Part shown: positions 18,337 to 27,950 of the stretch, piece after piece
Layout of the letters: each line of letters opens with the position of its first letter
How positions within the stretch are numbered: position 1 is the stretch's first letter
Assembly (NCBI GenBank): GCA_963758295.1
Contig: CAVWUU010000004.1
Location: 224,001 to 288,000, forward strand
Direction of reading: 5' to 3'
Source of the DNA: Candidatus Eremiobacteria bacterium
Lineage (GTDB): Bacteria > Vulcanimicrobiota > Vulcanimicrobiia > Vulcanimicrobiales > Vulcanimicrobiaceae
DNA length: 64,000 nucleotides
Position numbers and translations under genes: made by a program
The notes under the pieces: generated by a model
What the model was told of the DNA's origin: nothing
The model's database searches: none
What the model saw: only the letters and a program-made list of their open reading frames with translations

Positions 18337-20283
18337 ATGATTTCAGGGAATCGTAGCAACACGATCCGTCCTCTGCTTCGCAGCGCGCTCTTCGCAGCCG
18401 ACTGCGTAGTGGTCGCCGCCGCCGTCGCGGTCTCGCCGAGCATCGGCGACATTCATACCGCGACGTTCGAGCAGCTCGCCATCATGGGCGGAATCATTCT
18501 GCTTGTAGGCGAGTACATCCAATTCCGCTACGAAAGTGCGCGGACGTTCGATTTCCACGACGTAGTACGTTTGCTCGTCGGCGCTTGCGGCGGCGCGCTC
18601 TTGGCATTGCTGTTCGAGCAAGTCCACTCGCCGCTCGCGCACGCGTCCGGACGTTTAGTGGTAATCGCCGCGATGCTCTCGTTCGTGCTGCGCATGTTCT
18701 TGCGAGTCGGCCTGGTGATTTTCCGGACGTGGTGGATCACGCGTCGTCCGAACGCGGATCGATGTTTGATCGTCGGTGTAGGGATCGCCGCTCACTCCGT
18801 GGCCAAGGCCATCCAGGAAGATCGCAGCATGCCGATGCGCGTCATCGGCTGCGTCGAGGATGGCATCAGCGAGCGCCGCATCGACGGCGTCCGCTTGCTC
18901 GGAAAACTGTCGAACCTTCCGGAATTGGTAAGCAAGCACGACATCGATACGGTGATCGTCGCCATCACGGGCGCACCGCTCCCGCTTATCAATCACGTGA
19001 AGGAGTTGTGCCTCCAAGTTCCCGAGGACAAGCGCCCCACGGTGAACGTCGTACCGGATGCTTCGGAACTTCTGAGCGAGCGCGTTACCGTCTCTCGCAT
19101 CCGCGACATCCGTATCGAAGACGTTCTTGAGCGGGATCCGGTGGTCATCGACACCGCCGCCGTTCGCCCGCAACTCGAAGGGCAAACCGTGCTCGTTACC
19201 GGTGCCGGCGGTTCCATCGGCAGCGAAATCTGCCGCCAAATCGCAACGTTCGATCCCGAAACGCTGCTGTTGCTAGGTCACGGCGAGAACAGCCTCTTCC
19301 TCATCGAGCAAGAGCTGCGTGAAAAATACAATTTTACGCGTACCAAGATGATTCTTGGCGACGTCGCCGATGCGGGCGCGGTGCGCAACGTGTTCATGAC
19401 GTATCGCCCGCGTGTCGTCTTGCACGCCGCGGCCCACAAACACGTGCCGATCGTCGAAGAAAACATTTGCGAAGCAGTTCGCAATAACGTCATCGGCACC
19501 AAAGTCGTCGCTCTTGCGGCGGCTGCCGCAGGCGTCGCCAAGTTCGTGTTGCTCTCCACCGATAAAGCGGTAAATCCCACGAGCGTCATGGGCGCCACGA
19601 AGCGCATGGCCGAACTCATCTGCCAGTCGTTTGCCGGGGGCTCCGCGACGGAATTCGTTTCCGTCCGTTTCGGCAACGTGCTCGGCAGCCGCGGCAGCGT
19701 CATTCCGATCTTCAAGAAGCAAGTCGAAAGCGGCGGCCCGGTTACGATCACGCATCGAGACATGGTGCGCTACTTTATGACGATTCCCGAAGCGGTATCG
19801 CTGGTTTTGCAAGCCATGTCGATGGGGATCGACGGCGAGGTTTTCGTCCTAGACATGGGCGCGCCGGTAAAAATCCTCGAGCTCGCGGAGCAAGTCATTC
19901 GCTTGTCGGGCCTCGAGCCGTACCGCGACATTGAAATCGTCGAAAAAGGGATTCGTCCCGGCGAGAAGCTTTTCGAAGAAATTCTCACCGACGGCGAGGG
20001 CTTCACGCGCACGAGTCACGAGCGTCTCTTCATCGCGAAGCAGCAACGCTTGGATTACGCGCGACTCAACGACGGAGTCGACCGCTTGCGCGCAGTCGTC
20101 CGGCGTAGCGATGCCAAGCGCGCAGTAGACATCCTCAACGAGTTCGTTCCGGAGTTCACTCCGGGCAAACACCTCACCGGTGAGGCGCAGGAGACGCAAC
20201 AGGAATACGTTCGCGTCGAGCGCGCCGAGATACCAGGCGGACCGGAAGAGCCGGCGCCGCTCCAACTCATCACTTCGTCCTAA
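18337..20283 (+). CDS. Membrane-bound UDP-GlcNAc 4,6-dehydratase (CapD/PglF/WbpM family)
   Basis: N-terminal TMs; TGAGGSIGSE, HAAAHKHVP, STDKAVNPTSVMGATK, RFGNVLGSRGSV. Confidence 0.93.
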   Translation: MISGNRSNTIRPLLRSALFAADCVVVAAAVAVSPSIGDIHTATFEQLAIMGGIILLVGEYIQFRYESARTFDFHDVVRLLVGACGGALLALLFEQVHSPLAHASGRLVVIAAMLSFVLRMFLRVGLVIFRTWWITRRPNADRCLIVGVGIAAHSVAKAIQEDRSMPMRVIGCVEDGISERRIDGVRLLGKLSNLPELVSKHDIDTVIVAITGAPLPLINHVKELCLQVPEDKRPTVNVVPDASELLSERVTVSRIRDIRIEDVLERDPVVIDTAAVRPQLEGQTVLVTGAGGSIGSEICRQIATFDPETLLLLGHGENSLFLIEQELREKYNFTRTKMILGDVADAGAVRNVFMTYRPRVVLHAAAHKHVPIVEENICEAVRNNVIGTKVVALAAAAAGVAKFVLLSTDKAVNPTSVMGATKRMAELICQSFAGGSATEFVSVRFGNVLGSRGSVIPIFKKQVESGGPVTITHRDMVRYFMTIPEAVSLVLQAMSMGIDGEVFVLDMGAPVKILELAEQVIRLSGLEPYRDIEIVEKGIRPGEKLFEEILTDGEGFTRTSHERLFIAKQQRLDYARLNDGVDRLRAVVRRSDAKRAVDILNEFVPEFTPGKHLTGEAQETQQEYVRVERAEIPGGPEEPAPLQLITSS

Positions 20284-20304
20284 TTTCGATAGGGGCTATA
20301 AATC

Positions 20305-21642
20305 GTGAAATTGCTCGAAGCGTCTTCGATCCGCGCCAGCGCATTGAAGAAGAAGATCGTCGACCGGACCGCGATCGTCGGGGTCGTAGGCGTCGGCTAC
20401 GTCGGTCTCCCGCTTGCCGTGGAGAAAGCCAAGGTCGGGTTCGAAGTAATCGGTTACGACCGTAATCCGATTCGCGTCGACCAGATCAAACAAGGATTGA
20501 ACTACATTCGTGACGTGGAAGATCGCGAATTGGCTGAAATGGTTGAAAGCGGCAAGCTGAACGCCTCGACCGATTTCAGCACGCTCGGGAAGTGCGATTG
20601 CATCGTCATCTGCGTCCCGACGCCGCTGACCGCAAACAAAGAACCGGACATTTCGTACATCAAGAACGTCGCCGAAGAGATTACCAAGCACCTTCGGCCG
20701 GGGCAGCTCGTGAGCTTGGAGAGCACCACGTATCCGGGGACCACGGAAGAAGTGCTGCTGAAGCTGCTTTCGAAATCCGGACTGAAGTGTGGTGAAGATT
20801 TCTTCCTCTCGTTCTCGCCCGAACGCGTAGATCCGGGCAACGCGCGCTACACGACGAAGAATACGAATAAAGTCGTCGGCGGGGTTACGTCCAATTGCTT
20901 GGACGTTGCAACGACCTTCTACCAGCAGACGATTCTGAACGTCGTTCCGGTGAGTTCGCCGCGCGTCGCCGAGATGACGAAGGTTTTCGAGAACACCTTC
21001 CGCGCGGTGAACATTGCGCTCGTCAACGAAATGGCGCTGCTCTGCGATCGTCTCGGCATCAGCGTGTGGGATGTTATCGACGCTGCGCAAACCAAGCCGT
21101 TCGGAATCATGCGCTTCGATCCGGGTCCGGGCGTCGGCGGCCACTGCATTCCGCTCGATCCTTTCTATCTCGCGTGGAAAGCGCGCGAGTACGACATGAA
21201 CGTTCGCTTCATCGAGCTCGCGGGCGAGATCAACTGGACGATGCCGTACTTCGTGCGCGAAAAAGTTATGCGCGCGCTGAACGAACAGGGCAGGTCCATC
21301 AAGGGCTCCGAGATCCTCGTGCTCGGCGTTGCGTATAAGCGCGACATCGAAGATTGGCGCGAATCGCCGGCGCTCAAGGTGCTCGACCTTCTGAAAAAAG
21401 ACGGCGCGCACATCGATTATCACGATCCGCACGTGCCAAGCTTTACGGACGAACACGATCACATGTGGCACTCGCTTCCGCTCTCGAGAGAACAGCTTGA
21501 ACGCGCCGACGCCGTGCTCATTCTGACGGACCATACGTCTATCGACTATGCGAAGGTCTGCGACTCGGCGAAACTCGTCATCGATACGCGTAACGCCACT
21601 AAAGAAGTTCGCGACGGCCGCGACAACGTGGTGATGTTGTGA
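20305..21642 (+). CDS. UDP-GlcNAc 6-dehydrogenase (WbpA-like)
   Basis: GVGYVGLP, ESTTYPGTTEE, FSPERVDPGN, GVGGHCIPLDP. Confidence 0.92.
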   Translation: MKLLEASSIRASALKKKIVDRTAIVGVVGVGYVGLPLAVEKAKVGFEVIGYDRNPIRVDQIKQGLNYIRDVEDRELAEMVESGKLNASTDFSTLGKCDCIVICVPTPLTANKEPDISYIKNVAEEITKHLRPGQLVSLESTTYPGTTEEVLLKLLSKSGLKCGEDFFLSFSPERVDPGNARYTTKNTNKVVGGVTSNCLDVATTFYQQTILNVVPVSSPRVAEMTKVFENTFRAVNIALVNEMALLCDRLGISVWDVIDAAQTKPFGIMRFDPGPGVGGHCIPLDPFYLAWKAREYDMNVRFIELAGEINWTMPYFVREKVMRALNEQGRSIKGSEILVLGVAYKRDIEDWRESPALKVLDLLKKDGAHIDYHDPHVPSFTDEHDHMWHSLPLSREQLERADAVLILTDHTSIDYAKVCDSAKLVIDTRNATKEVRDGRDNVVML

Positions 21643-22622
21643 AACTCGGCGTCATAGGCTCGGGCTACTGGGGGCAAAACCTCGTCCGCGTCTCGCACGA
21701 ACTCGGGGTTCTCGAGAGCGTCTGCGACGCGAACGAGGCGGCGCTCGCGGAAGTCTCGGAAAAATATCCCGATGTCGGGCTCGAATTCGAAATCAGCTCG
21801 CTGCTCGAACGCGACATCGATGCGGTCGTCATAGCGGCACCCGCTAACGTGCATGCCGAACTCGCGCTCGAAGTCATTGCCGCCGGCAAGCACGTATTCG
21901 TAGAGAAGCCGCTTGCAATGAGCCCCGACGATGCTTCCACGGTCGTGCGGGCGGCGCGCGCCGGCGGTCGCGTCTGTTTCGTGGGTCACGTGCTGCTGTA
22001 CCATCCTGCGGTGCAGCGGATGATCGGCCTCATCCGCGAAGGCGCGATCGGCGAAGTGCGCCACGTGCGCTCGCGGCGTCTCTCGTGGGGCAAATTGCGC
22101 GCACATGAAAACGTGTGGTGGAGCTTCGCTCCGCATGACGTTGCGCTCGTGCTCGAAATCTTCGAAGCGTTTCCGGAAAGCGTCCGGGGCTCGCTCGCGG
22201 GATTCGTGCGCCCGCAAATCGCGGACTTCGCGTACGCGGATCTGCAGTTCACCGGTGGCCGCACCGCTCACATCGAGGCGAGCTGGCTCGACCCCGAGAA
22301 AGCGGCACGCCTGGACGTCTTCGGCTCGAAGGGCACGCTCCGTCTTACCGACTCGCGCGCCGGCGCAAACTTGACGCTCACGCCATGCGGCGACCGGTCC
22401 GACGACTTGGGCCGTCCCGAACTCTGGCGCGAGGATGCGCGAGAAATCGACTTTACTCCGGCCGAGCCGCTCGCGGCCGAGCTGCGAGCGTTTATTGATG
22501 CCGTCGAAAACGGAACCCGTCCGATTACCGACGGCGAGGAAGGCCTGCGCGTGGTTCAGGTTCTTTCGATGTTAGGCAGCAACCACGATTATGCACATCC
22601 GTCTCTGGAGGCGCTCGTTTGA
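21639..22622 (+). CDS. Gfo/Idh/MocA oxidoreductase (WbpB-like)
   Basis: GSGYWG, GKHVFVEKP; operon context. Confidence 0.85.
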   Translation: MKLGVIGSGYWGQNLVRVSHELGVLESVCDANEAALAEVSEKYPDVGLEFEISSLLERDIDAVVIAAPANVHAELALEVIAAGKHVFVEKPLAMSPDDASTVVRAARAGGRVCFVGHVLLYHPAVQRMIGLIREGAIGEVRHVRSRRLSWGKLRAHENVWWSFAPHDVALVLEIFEAFPESVRGSLAGFVRPQIADFAYADLQFTGGRTAHIEASWLDPEKAARLDVFGSKGTLRLTDSRAGANLTLTPCGDRSDDLGRPELWREDAREIDFTPAEPLAAELRAFIDAVENGTRPITDGEEGLRVVQVLSMLGSNHDYAHPSLEALV

Positions 22623-22666
22623 CCGTCATCGGATAAGGCCGCAGACCGAAGCGAAAAACCTATTAC

Positions 22667-23230
22667 GTGCACGAATCGTCGTACGTCGACGATCCGGCCG
22701 AAATCGGCGAAGGCACGAAGATTTGGCACTTCAGCCACGTCATGGCGGGATCCAAAATCGGCAAGAATTGTTCGATTGGGCAGAACGTCGTGATCTCGCC
22801 GCGCGTTCGCATCGGCAACAACGTGAAAATCCAAAACAACGTCTCGGTATATGAAGGCGTCGTCCTCGAGGACGAAACGTTCTGCGGTCCGAGCATGGTT
22901 TTCACGAACGTGACCACACCACGCTCGGGTACGCCGCGAAATACGTCAGCCGACTACGCGGAGACCATCGTCAAGAAAGGCGCCTCCATCGGCGCGAACG
23001 CGACGATCGTTTGCGGGAACACGCTTGGCGAATTTTCGTTCGTCGGCGCCGGCTCGGTCGTCACCAAAGATATTCCGGCTTATGCCATGGTGTACGGTAA
23101 TCCGGCACGCATTCGTGGGTATGCTTGTGAGTGCGGTGTGAAACTGTCGTTTCAGAACGACCACGCGGCCTGCCCGGAATGCAGCCGCGAGTACGACAAG
23201 TCCGGCGAGTCGGTATGGAGAGTAAAATGA
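22667..23230 (+). CDS. N-acetyltransferase (WbpD-like)
   Basis: HESSYVDDPAEIGEGTKIWHFSH, VKIQNNVSVYEGV, CGPSMVFTNV, C-terminal CECG...CPEC; true start may be TTG 22619 if compensating indels are present. Confidence 0.9.
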   Translation: MHESSYVDDPAEIGEGTKIWHFSHVMAGSKIGKNCSIGQNVVISPRVRIGNNVKIQNNVSVYEGVVLEDETFCGPSMVFTNVTTPRSGTPRNTSADYAETIVKKGASIGANATIVCGNTLGEFSFVGAGSVVTKDIPAYAMVYGNPARIRGYACECGVKLSFQNDHAACPECSREYDKSGESVWRVK

Positions 23231-24340
23231 TTCCGATTTTGGATCTGAAGGAGCAGTACCAAACGCTCAAGAGCGAGATCGCTCAAGCGGTGAGCGACGT
23301 GTTCGAAGGCGGCCACTACATCAACGGTCCGAACGTCAAAGCGCTGGAAGAAGAAATCGCGCAGTATATCGGAACGGAATATGCAGTTGGCCTCAACTCG
23401 GGCACCGATGCGCTGCATTTGGCGCTTCGGCGCTCTGGATATCGGTCCCGGTGACGAAGTGATCACGGTTCCGTTCACGTTTGTCGCAACGACGGAAGCG
23501 ATCGGCATCGTGGGCGCGACGCCGGTGTTCGTCGACATTCATCCGGGCACGTTCAACATGGATCCGGCGCTCATCGAAGCGGCCATTACGCCGCGCACGA
23601 AGGCGATTCTTCCGGTCCATCTGTACGGGCATCCGGCGCCCATGTACGACATTCTCGCTATTGCCAAGAAGCACAACCTCGCGGTTATCGAAGACTGCGC
23701 TCAAGCGATCGGCGCTTCGATCGACGGCAAGCGCGTGGGCTCGTTCGGTGACGTCGGCGCGTTCAGTTTCTTCCCATCGAAGAATCTCGGAGCGTACGGC
23801 GACGGCGGCATGGTTACGACGAACCGCAAAGACCTCGCCGATCGCATGCGCAGCCTGCGCGCGCACGGCGGACGCGTCAAGTACCATCACGAGGAACTCG
23901 GCGTGAACAGCCGCCTCGATGAAGTGCAAGCTGCGATCCTCCGCGTGAAACTGCCGCACCTCGACAGCTGGATCGAAAACCGCCGTGCCAACGCGGCTTG
24001 GTATTCGGAGAACCTGCGTGATGTCGTGACGACGCCGGTGGAAACGCCGAACACCGTGCACGTCTACCACCAGTACACGGTTCGCGTCCAAAACCGCGAC
24101 GCCGTGCAGAAGAAGCTGGCTGAGGCCGGCGTTCAAACCATGGTCTACTACCCGGTGCCGTTGCACTTGCAAGAAGTGCACAAACAACTGGGCGCAAGAG
24201 AAGGCGACTTCCCGCACTCCGAACGCGCGGCGCGCGAAGTGCTCTCGCTGCCGATGTTCCCAGAACTCAATCCACAACAGCGCGAAGCGGTTCGCGAAGC
24301 GTTGCGTGGCGCACTTGCGCCGGAGCCGGTGGTAGCGTAA
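23227..24340 (+). CDS. DegT/DnrJ aminotransferase (WbpE-like), +1 frameshift near 23430 (likely assembly error)
   Basis: [11 protein letters not shown]...[12 protein letters not shown] joins [11 protein letters not shown]...EDCAQAIG...[15 protein letters not shown] in the next frame. Confidence 0.88.
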
Positions 24341-24343
24341 AAC

Positions 24344-25438
24344 ATGCGCGTCGTTAGTGTGGTCGGGGCCCGGCCACAATTCGTAAAGGCCGCGTTGCTC
24401 TCTCGGGAGCTGCGCGCGCCGCGGCGTGGACGAGTGGCTCGTGCACACCGGACAACACTACGACGAACGCATGAGCGACGTTTTCTTCACCGAGCTTGCG
24501 TTACCGGAACCGCGGTACCACCTCGGTGTGGGCTCGGGCGCGCACGGGGCGCAAACGGGCGAGATGATGATCCGCTTGGAACCCGTAGTCCTCGAAGCTG
24601 AACCGGATTGCGTGCTCGTGTACGGAGATACGAACAGCACGCTGGCGGGCGCGCTCGTGGGAGCGAAGCTGCGCGTCCCGGTCGTTCATGTCGAATCCGG
24701 CTTGCGATCGTTCGATCGCGCCATGCCGGAGGAGATAAATCGCCTCGTAGCCGATCGCGTGGGCGATCTGCTGCTTGGCGCCATCTGCATCGGCAGCGCA
24801 ACAATTGCGAGCGCGAGGGCATAGACCGGCCGATCGAGATCGTGGGGGATCTCATGGTGGACCTTGCGCTGGAAGCGGCGGCGCGGCTTCCGGCGCGGCC
24901 CCAAATCTTGGACCGTTTCGCCTTGAAAGCCAAAGACTTCGCCGTTGCGACGATTCATCGCGCGTCGAACACCGAAGACACGCATGTTTTCGCACGCCTC
25001 GTCGCCGGTTTGCGGCGAATCAGCACGAGCGTCGTCTTTCCGGTCCATCCGCGAACGCGCGCGCTTGTCGAAGGGCTCCGCGTGGGCGTAAACGACAACA
25101 TTATCACTTGCGAGCCGCTCTCGTACACGGATATGCTCGCGCTGCAGAAGCACGCGCGAGTCGTAGTGACCGATTCGGGCGGAATCCAGAAAGAGGCCGT
25201 CACGCTGGGAACGCCGTGCGTCACCCTGCGTTCAACGACGGAATGGACCGAGACGCTAGAGGGTGGTTGGAACGTGCTTGCCGGGAACGATCCGCGCAAG
25301 ATCGCCGATGCGGCGAACCGTCCCGTACCCGCGGAATCGATTCACCCCTTCGGCGAGGGGAACAGTGCACGACGGATCGTCGATGCGCTCTTTGCGCATA
25401 TTGCCGTGGCGGAGCGAACGGCATCATGCGCATCCTGA
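24344..25438 (+). CDS. UDP-N-acetylglucosamine 2-epimerase (WecB/WbpI family), three +1 frameshifts (~24420, ~24777, ~24808)
   Basis: VGARPQFVK / HTGQHYD...YGDTNST...HVESGLRS...PEEINR / ATIHRASN...FPVHPRT...[10 protein letters not shown] spread over three frames. Confidence 0.88.
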
Positions 25439-26658
25439 TCCTAACCCAATACTATCCGCCGGAAATCGGCGCGCCGCAAACGCGCCTCGCGGCTTTGGCT
25501 CGCGAACTCGTGCGGCGCGGTCACGACGTGGAAATCGTTACGGCCATGCCGAGCCACTTGCTCGGCCGTACGTACGAGGGCTATCGGGGCAAATTTTATA
25601 TGCGCGATGAGGTGGACGGCGTCACCGTCCACCGGACGTGGGTATATGCGGCAACCGGGACGGGTCTGCGGCGGATGATGAACTATCTGTCGTTCACTTT
25701 GAGTTCCTTCGTCGGTCTTGCGCTCGCGCGCAAACCCGACGTCGTTTTCGTGGAATCGCCGCCACTCTTCCTCAGCGTTCCCGGTTGGATTGCCGCGACG
25801 CTTCGCCGTGCGTCGCTCGTTTTCAACGTGGCCGACTTATGGCCAGACTCGGTGCGAGATCTCGGCGTGATGAACGGCGGCCCGCTCTTGCGCGTAGCCG
25901 AGCATCTTGAAGCGTGGACCTATAGACGCGCGCACATCGTCAACGCGGTGACGGACGGCATCGATCAAGTGCTGCGCGGCAAAAAGGGCGTGCCGGCGCA
26001 CAAACTTCGCTTTCTTCCCAATGGGATCGACATCGATCGCTTTCAGCCGGCGAATCCCGACGCGGCGCTGCGCGCAAAACTTCAGCTCGGCGATAAACCG
26101 GTGTTCATCTATGCCGGCACGCACGGCATAGCGCAGGGTTTGCATACCGTCGTCGATGCGGCGTCTATGCTGCAGGATAAGGCCACGATTCTTTTCGTCG
26201 GCTCCGGCCCCACCAAACCGCTGCTGCTCCAGCGCGCCCGCAAACAGGGTTTGAGCAACGTGCGCTTTTTGGATCCCGTTCCTCTCGAGGAAATGCCCAA
26301 GTATTTTTCTCTCGCCTACGGTTCGATCGTTCCGCTCGTGCGCAGCGAACTGATGCGCGGTGCACGGCCTTCGAAGATGTTCCCCTCGTTCGCATGCGGC
26401 GTGCCCGTCGTCTACAGCGGCGAAGGTGAAGGTGCACAGCTCGTGGAGAATGCGGGCGCGGGCGTCGCAGTGCGCCCGGAAGATGCGGCGGCGCTGGCAA
26501 ACGCCATGCGCGCGCTGGTGGACGACCCTGAGGGGCGCGAAGCGATGTCGAAGAACGCGCGCGCGCTCGCGGTCGACCGCTTCGCATGGTCGAACATCGT
26601 CGATCGCTGGCTTGCGTCGCTTGGCAGAAACGGAGCCGGAAGGAGGGTTCCCGCGTGA
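25426..26658 (+). CDS. Glycosyltransferase family 4 (WbuB-like)
   Basis: [38 protein letters not shown]. Confidence 0.9.
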   Translation: MRILILTQYYPPEIGAPQTRLAALARELVRRGHDVEIVTAMPSHLLGRTYEGYRGKFYMRDEVDGVTVHRTWVYAATGTGLRRMMNYLSFTLSSFVGLALARKPDVVFVESPPLFLSVPGWIAATLRRASLVFNVADLWPDSVRDLGVMNGGPLLRVAEHLEAWTYRRAHIVNAVTDGIDQVLRGKKGVPAHKLRFLPNGIDIDRFQPANPDAALRAKLQLGDKPVFIYAGTHGIAQGLHTVVDAASMLQDKATILFVGSGPTKPLLLQRARKQGLSNVRFLDPVPLEEMPKYFSLAYGSIVPLVRSELMRGARPSKMFPSFACGVPVVYSGEGEGAQLVENAGAGVAVRPEDAAALANAMRALVDDPEGREAMSKNARALAVDRFAWSNIVDRWLASLGRNGAGRRVPA

Positions 26659-27950
26659 AGCGCGCCCTGCTTCTAACCTATTACGTTCCTCCTCGTTCCG
26701 CGATCGCTTCCGTGCGAGTAGGAAATATGATCACGTCGATGCGCCGGTACAACTGGGAGATCATTCCCGTTGTTCCGGATTTCGGCGATATGGAGTACCA
26801 GTCGCCGATTCGCACGACGGGCGTCGTCGATTTCAAAACGCCGGTGCGGAAGTTGCTCGGCGTCGGCAAAGGCCAAACGACGCACGAACGTTTCCACGTG
26901 GAACAGGGCTCGGTTTTCGTCGAGACGACCTGGAAGCAACGCGCCATCAAATTCGGCCATCGCGTTACGGGATACGCAAACGGCCGGTTCGGCTGGGTCG
27001 GACCGGGCACACGCGCCGTGGCGCAAATGCTGCGCGATGAACGTTTCAATGCCGTAATTTCGACGTCGCCGCCGGAGGCAACGCATATTGTGGCCTCGCG
27101 CGCGGCGGGAGATGTGCCGTGGATCGCGGATCTGCGCGATCCGTGGGTACGCAACGACGGCTTGGGCGGCTCGGGTCCGCTTGGGGCGCTCGATCGCATC
27201 CTCGAACCGCGCACGCTTCGGGCCGCACGCGTGCTAACGACCGTCTCCGAACCGCTTGCGGAGCAACTGCGTGCCCGTTATCCGGGCAAACGCGTCTGCA
27301 CCGTACGCAATGCGTTTTCGGAGTCGGAGTGGACAAACGTGCCATTCGTACAGCCGGAACATGCGACGTTTCTCCATGCCGGGCAGCTCTATCAAGGCCG
27401 GTGCGATCCGCGTCCGCTTTTCGAGGCGCTCGCATATCTGCTGAAAGAACAGCTCGTCGGTCACGATGAAGTTCGCGTAGAGTTGTACGGGGATCCGGAA
27501 TCTTGGCTGGAATCGGCGATCGCCCAATTCGGATTGCGGCGGGTGGTTCGTCTGCACGGAAAGCGGCCGCGCGCCGAGATCTTGCGACTCGAGCGGCAGT
27601 CGTCGCGCAACGTGATCTTCGTGAGAAACGGCCCGGAAGAACGCGGCACGTACACCGGCAAGCTTTTCGAATACTTCGGAGCGCGACGCAGAATCATCGC
27701 CGTAGGCGGTCCCGGCGAACGGACCGTCATGGACGACGCGCTAGAACAAAGCGGCGCAGGCCAACGTTACTTGATCGAACGGCCGTTACGCGATGCGATT
27801 CTCGAAGCCGTCAAGGAGTGGCGAGCGGGAACCACGGCGATCGTTTCACCCGAAGCGGTAGCGCCGTTCGAACTGAAGCACTTCGGCGAAGAATTCGCCG
27901 CGATTCTTGAAGACATTTCGGCTACGAGAACCATTCACGGAGTAACTTGA
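26655..27950 (+). CDS. Glycosyltransferase (GT4-like)
   Basis: ISTSPP, PWIADLRDPW, GKLFEY; GTG overlaps the upstream TGA, AGGAGG SD. Confidence 0.85.
   Translation: MKRALLLTYYVPPRSAIASVRVGNMITSMRRYNWEIIPVVPDFGDMEYQSPIRTTGVVDFKTPVRKLLGVGKGQTTHERFHVEQGSVFVETTWKQRAIKFGHRVTGYANGRFGWVGPGTRAVAQMLRDERFNAVISTSPPEATHIVASRAAGDVPWIADLRDPWVRNDGLGGSGPLGALDRILEPRTLRAARVLTTVSEPLAEQLRARYPGKRVCTVRNAFSESEWTNVPFVQPEHATFLHAGQLYQGRCDPRPLFEALAYLLKEQLVGHDEVRVELYGDPESWLESAIAQFGLRRVVRLHGKRPRAEILRLERQSSRNVIFVRNGPEERGTYTGKLFEYFGARRRIIAVGGPGERTVMDDALEQSGAGQRYLIERPLRDAILEAVKEWRAGTTAIVSPEAVAPFELKHFGEEFAAILEDISATRTIHGVT

Noticed and set aside
20296..21534. Long antisense ORFs (also 11872-12900, 23393-24448, 30055-31017, 51602-52603)
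   Set aside because: Shadow ORFs expected in GC-rich coding DNA, with no recognisable motifs
24775..26658. 627-aa ORF suggesting an N-terminally extended glycosyltransferase
   Set aside because: The extension is an alternative frame of the epimerase gene; the GT starts at ATG 25426
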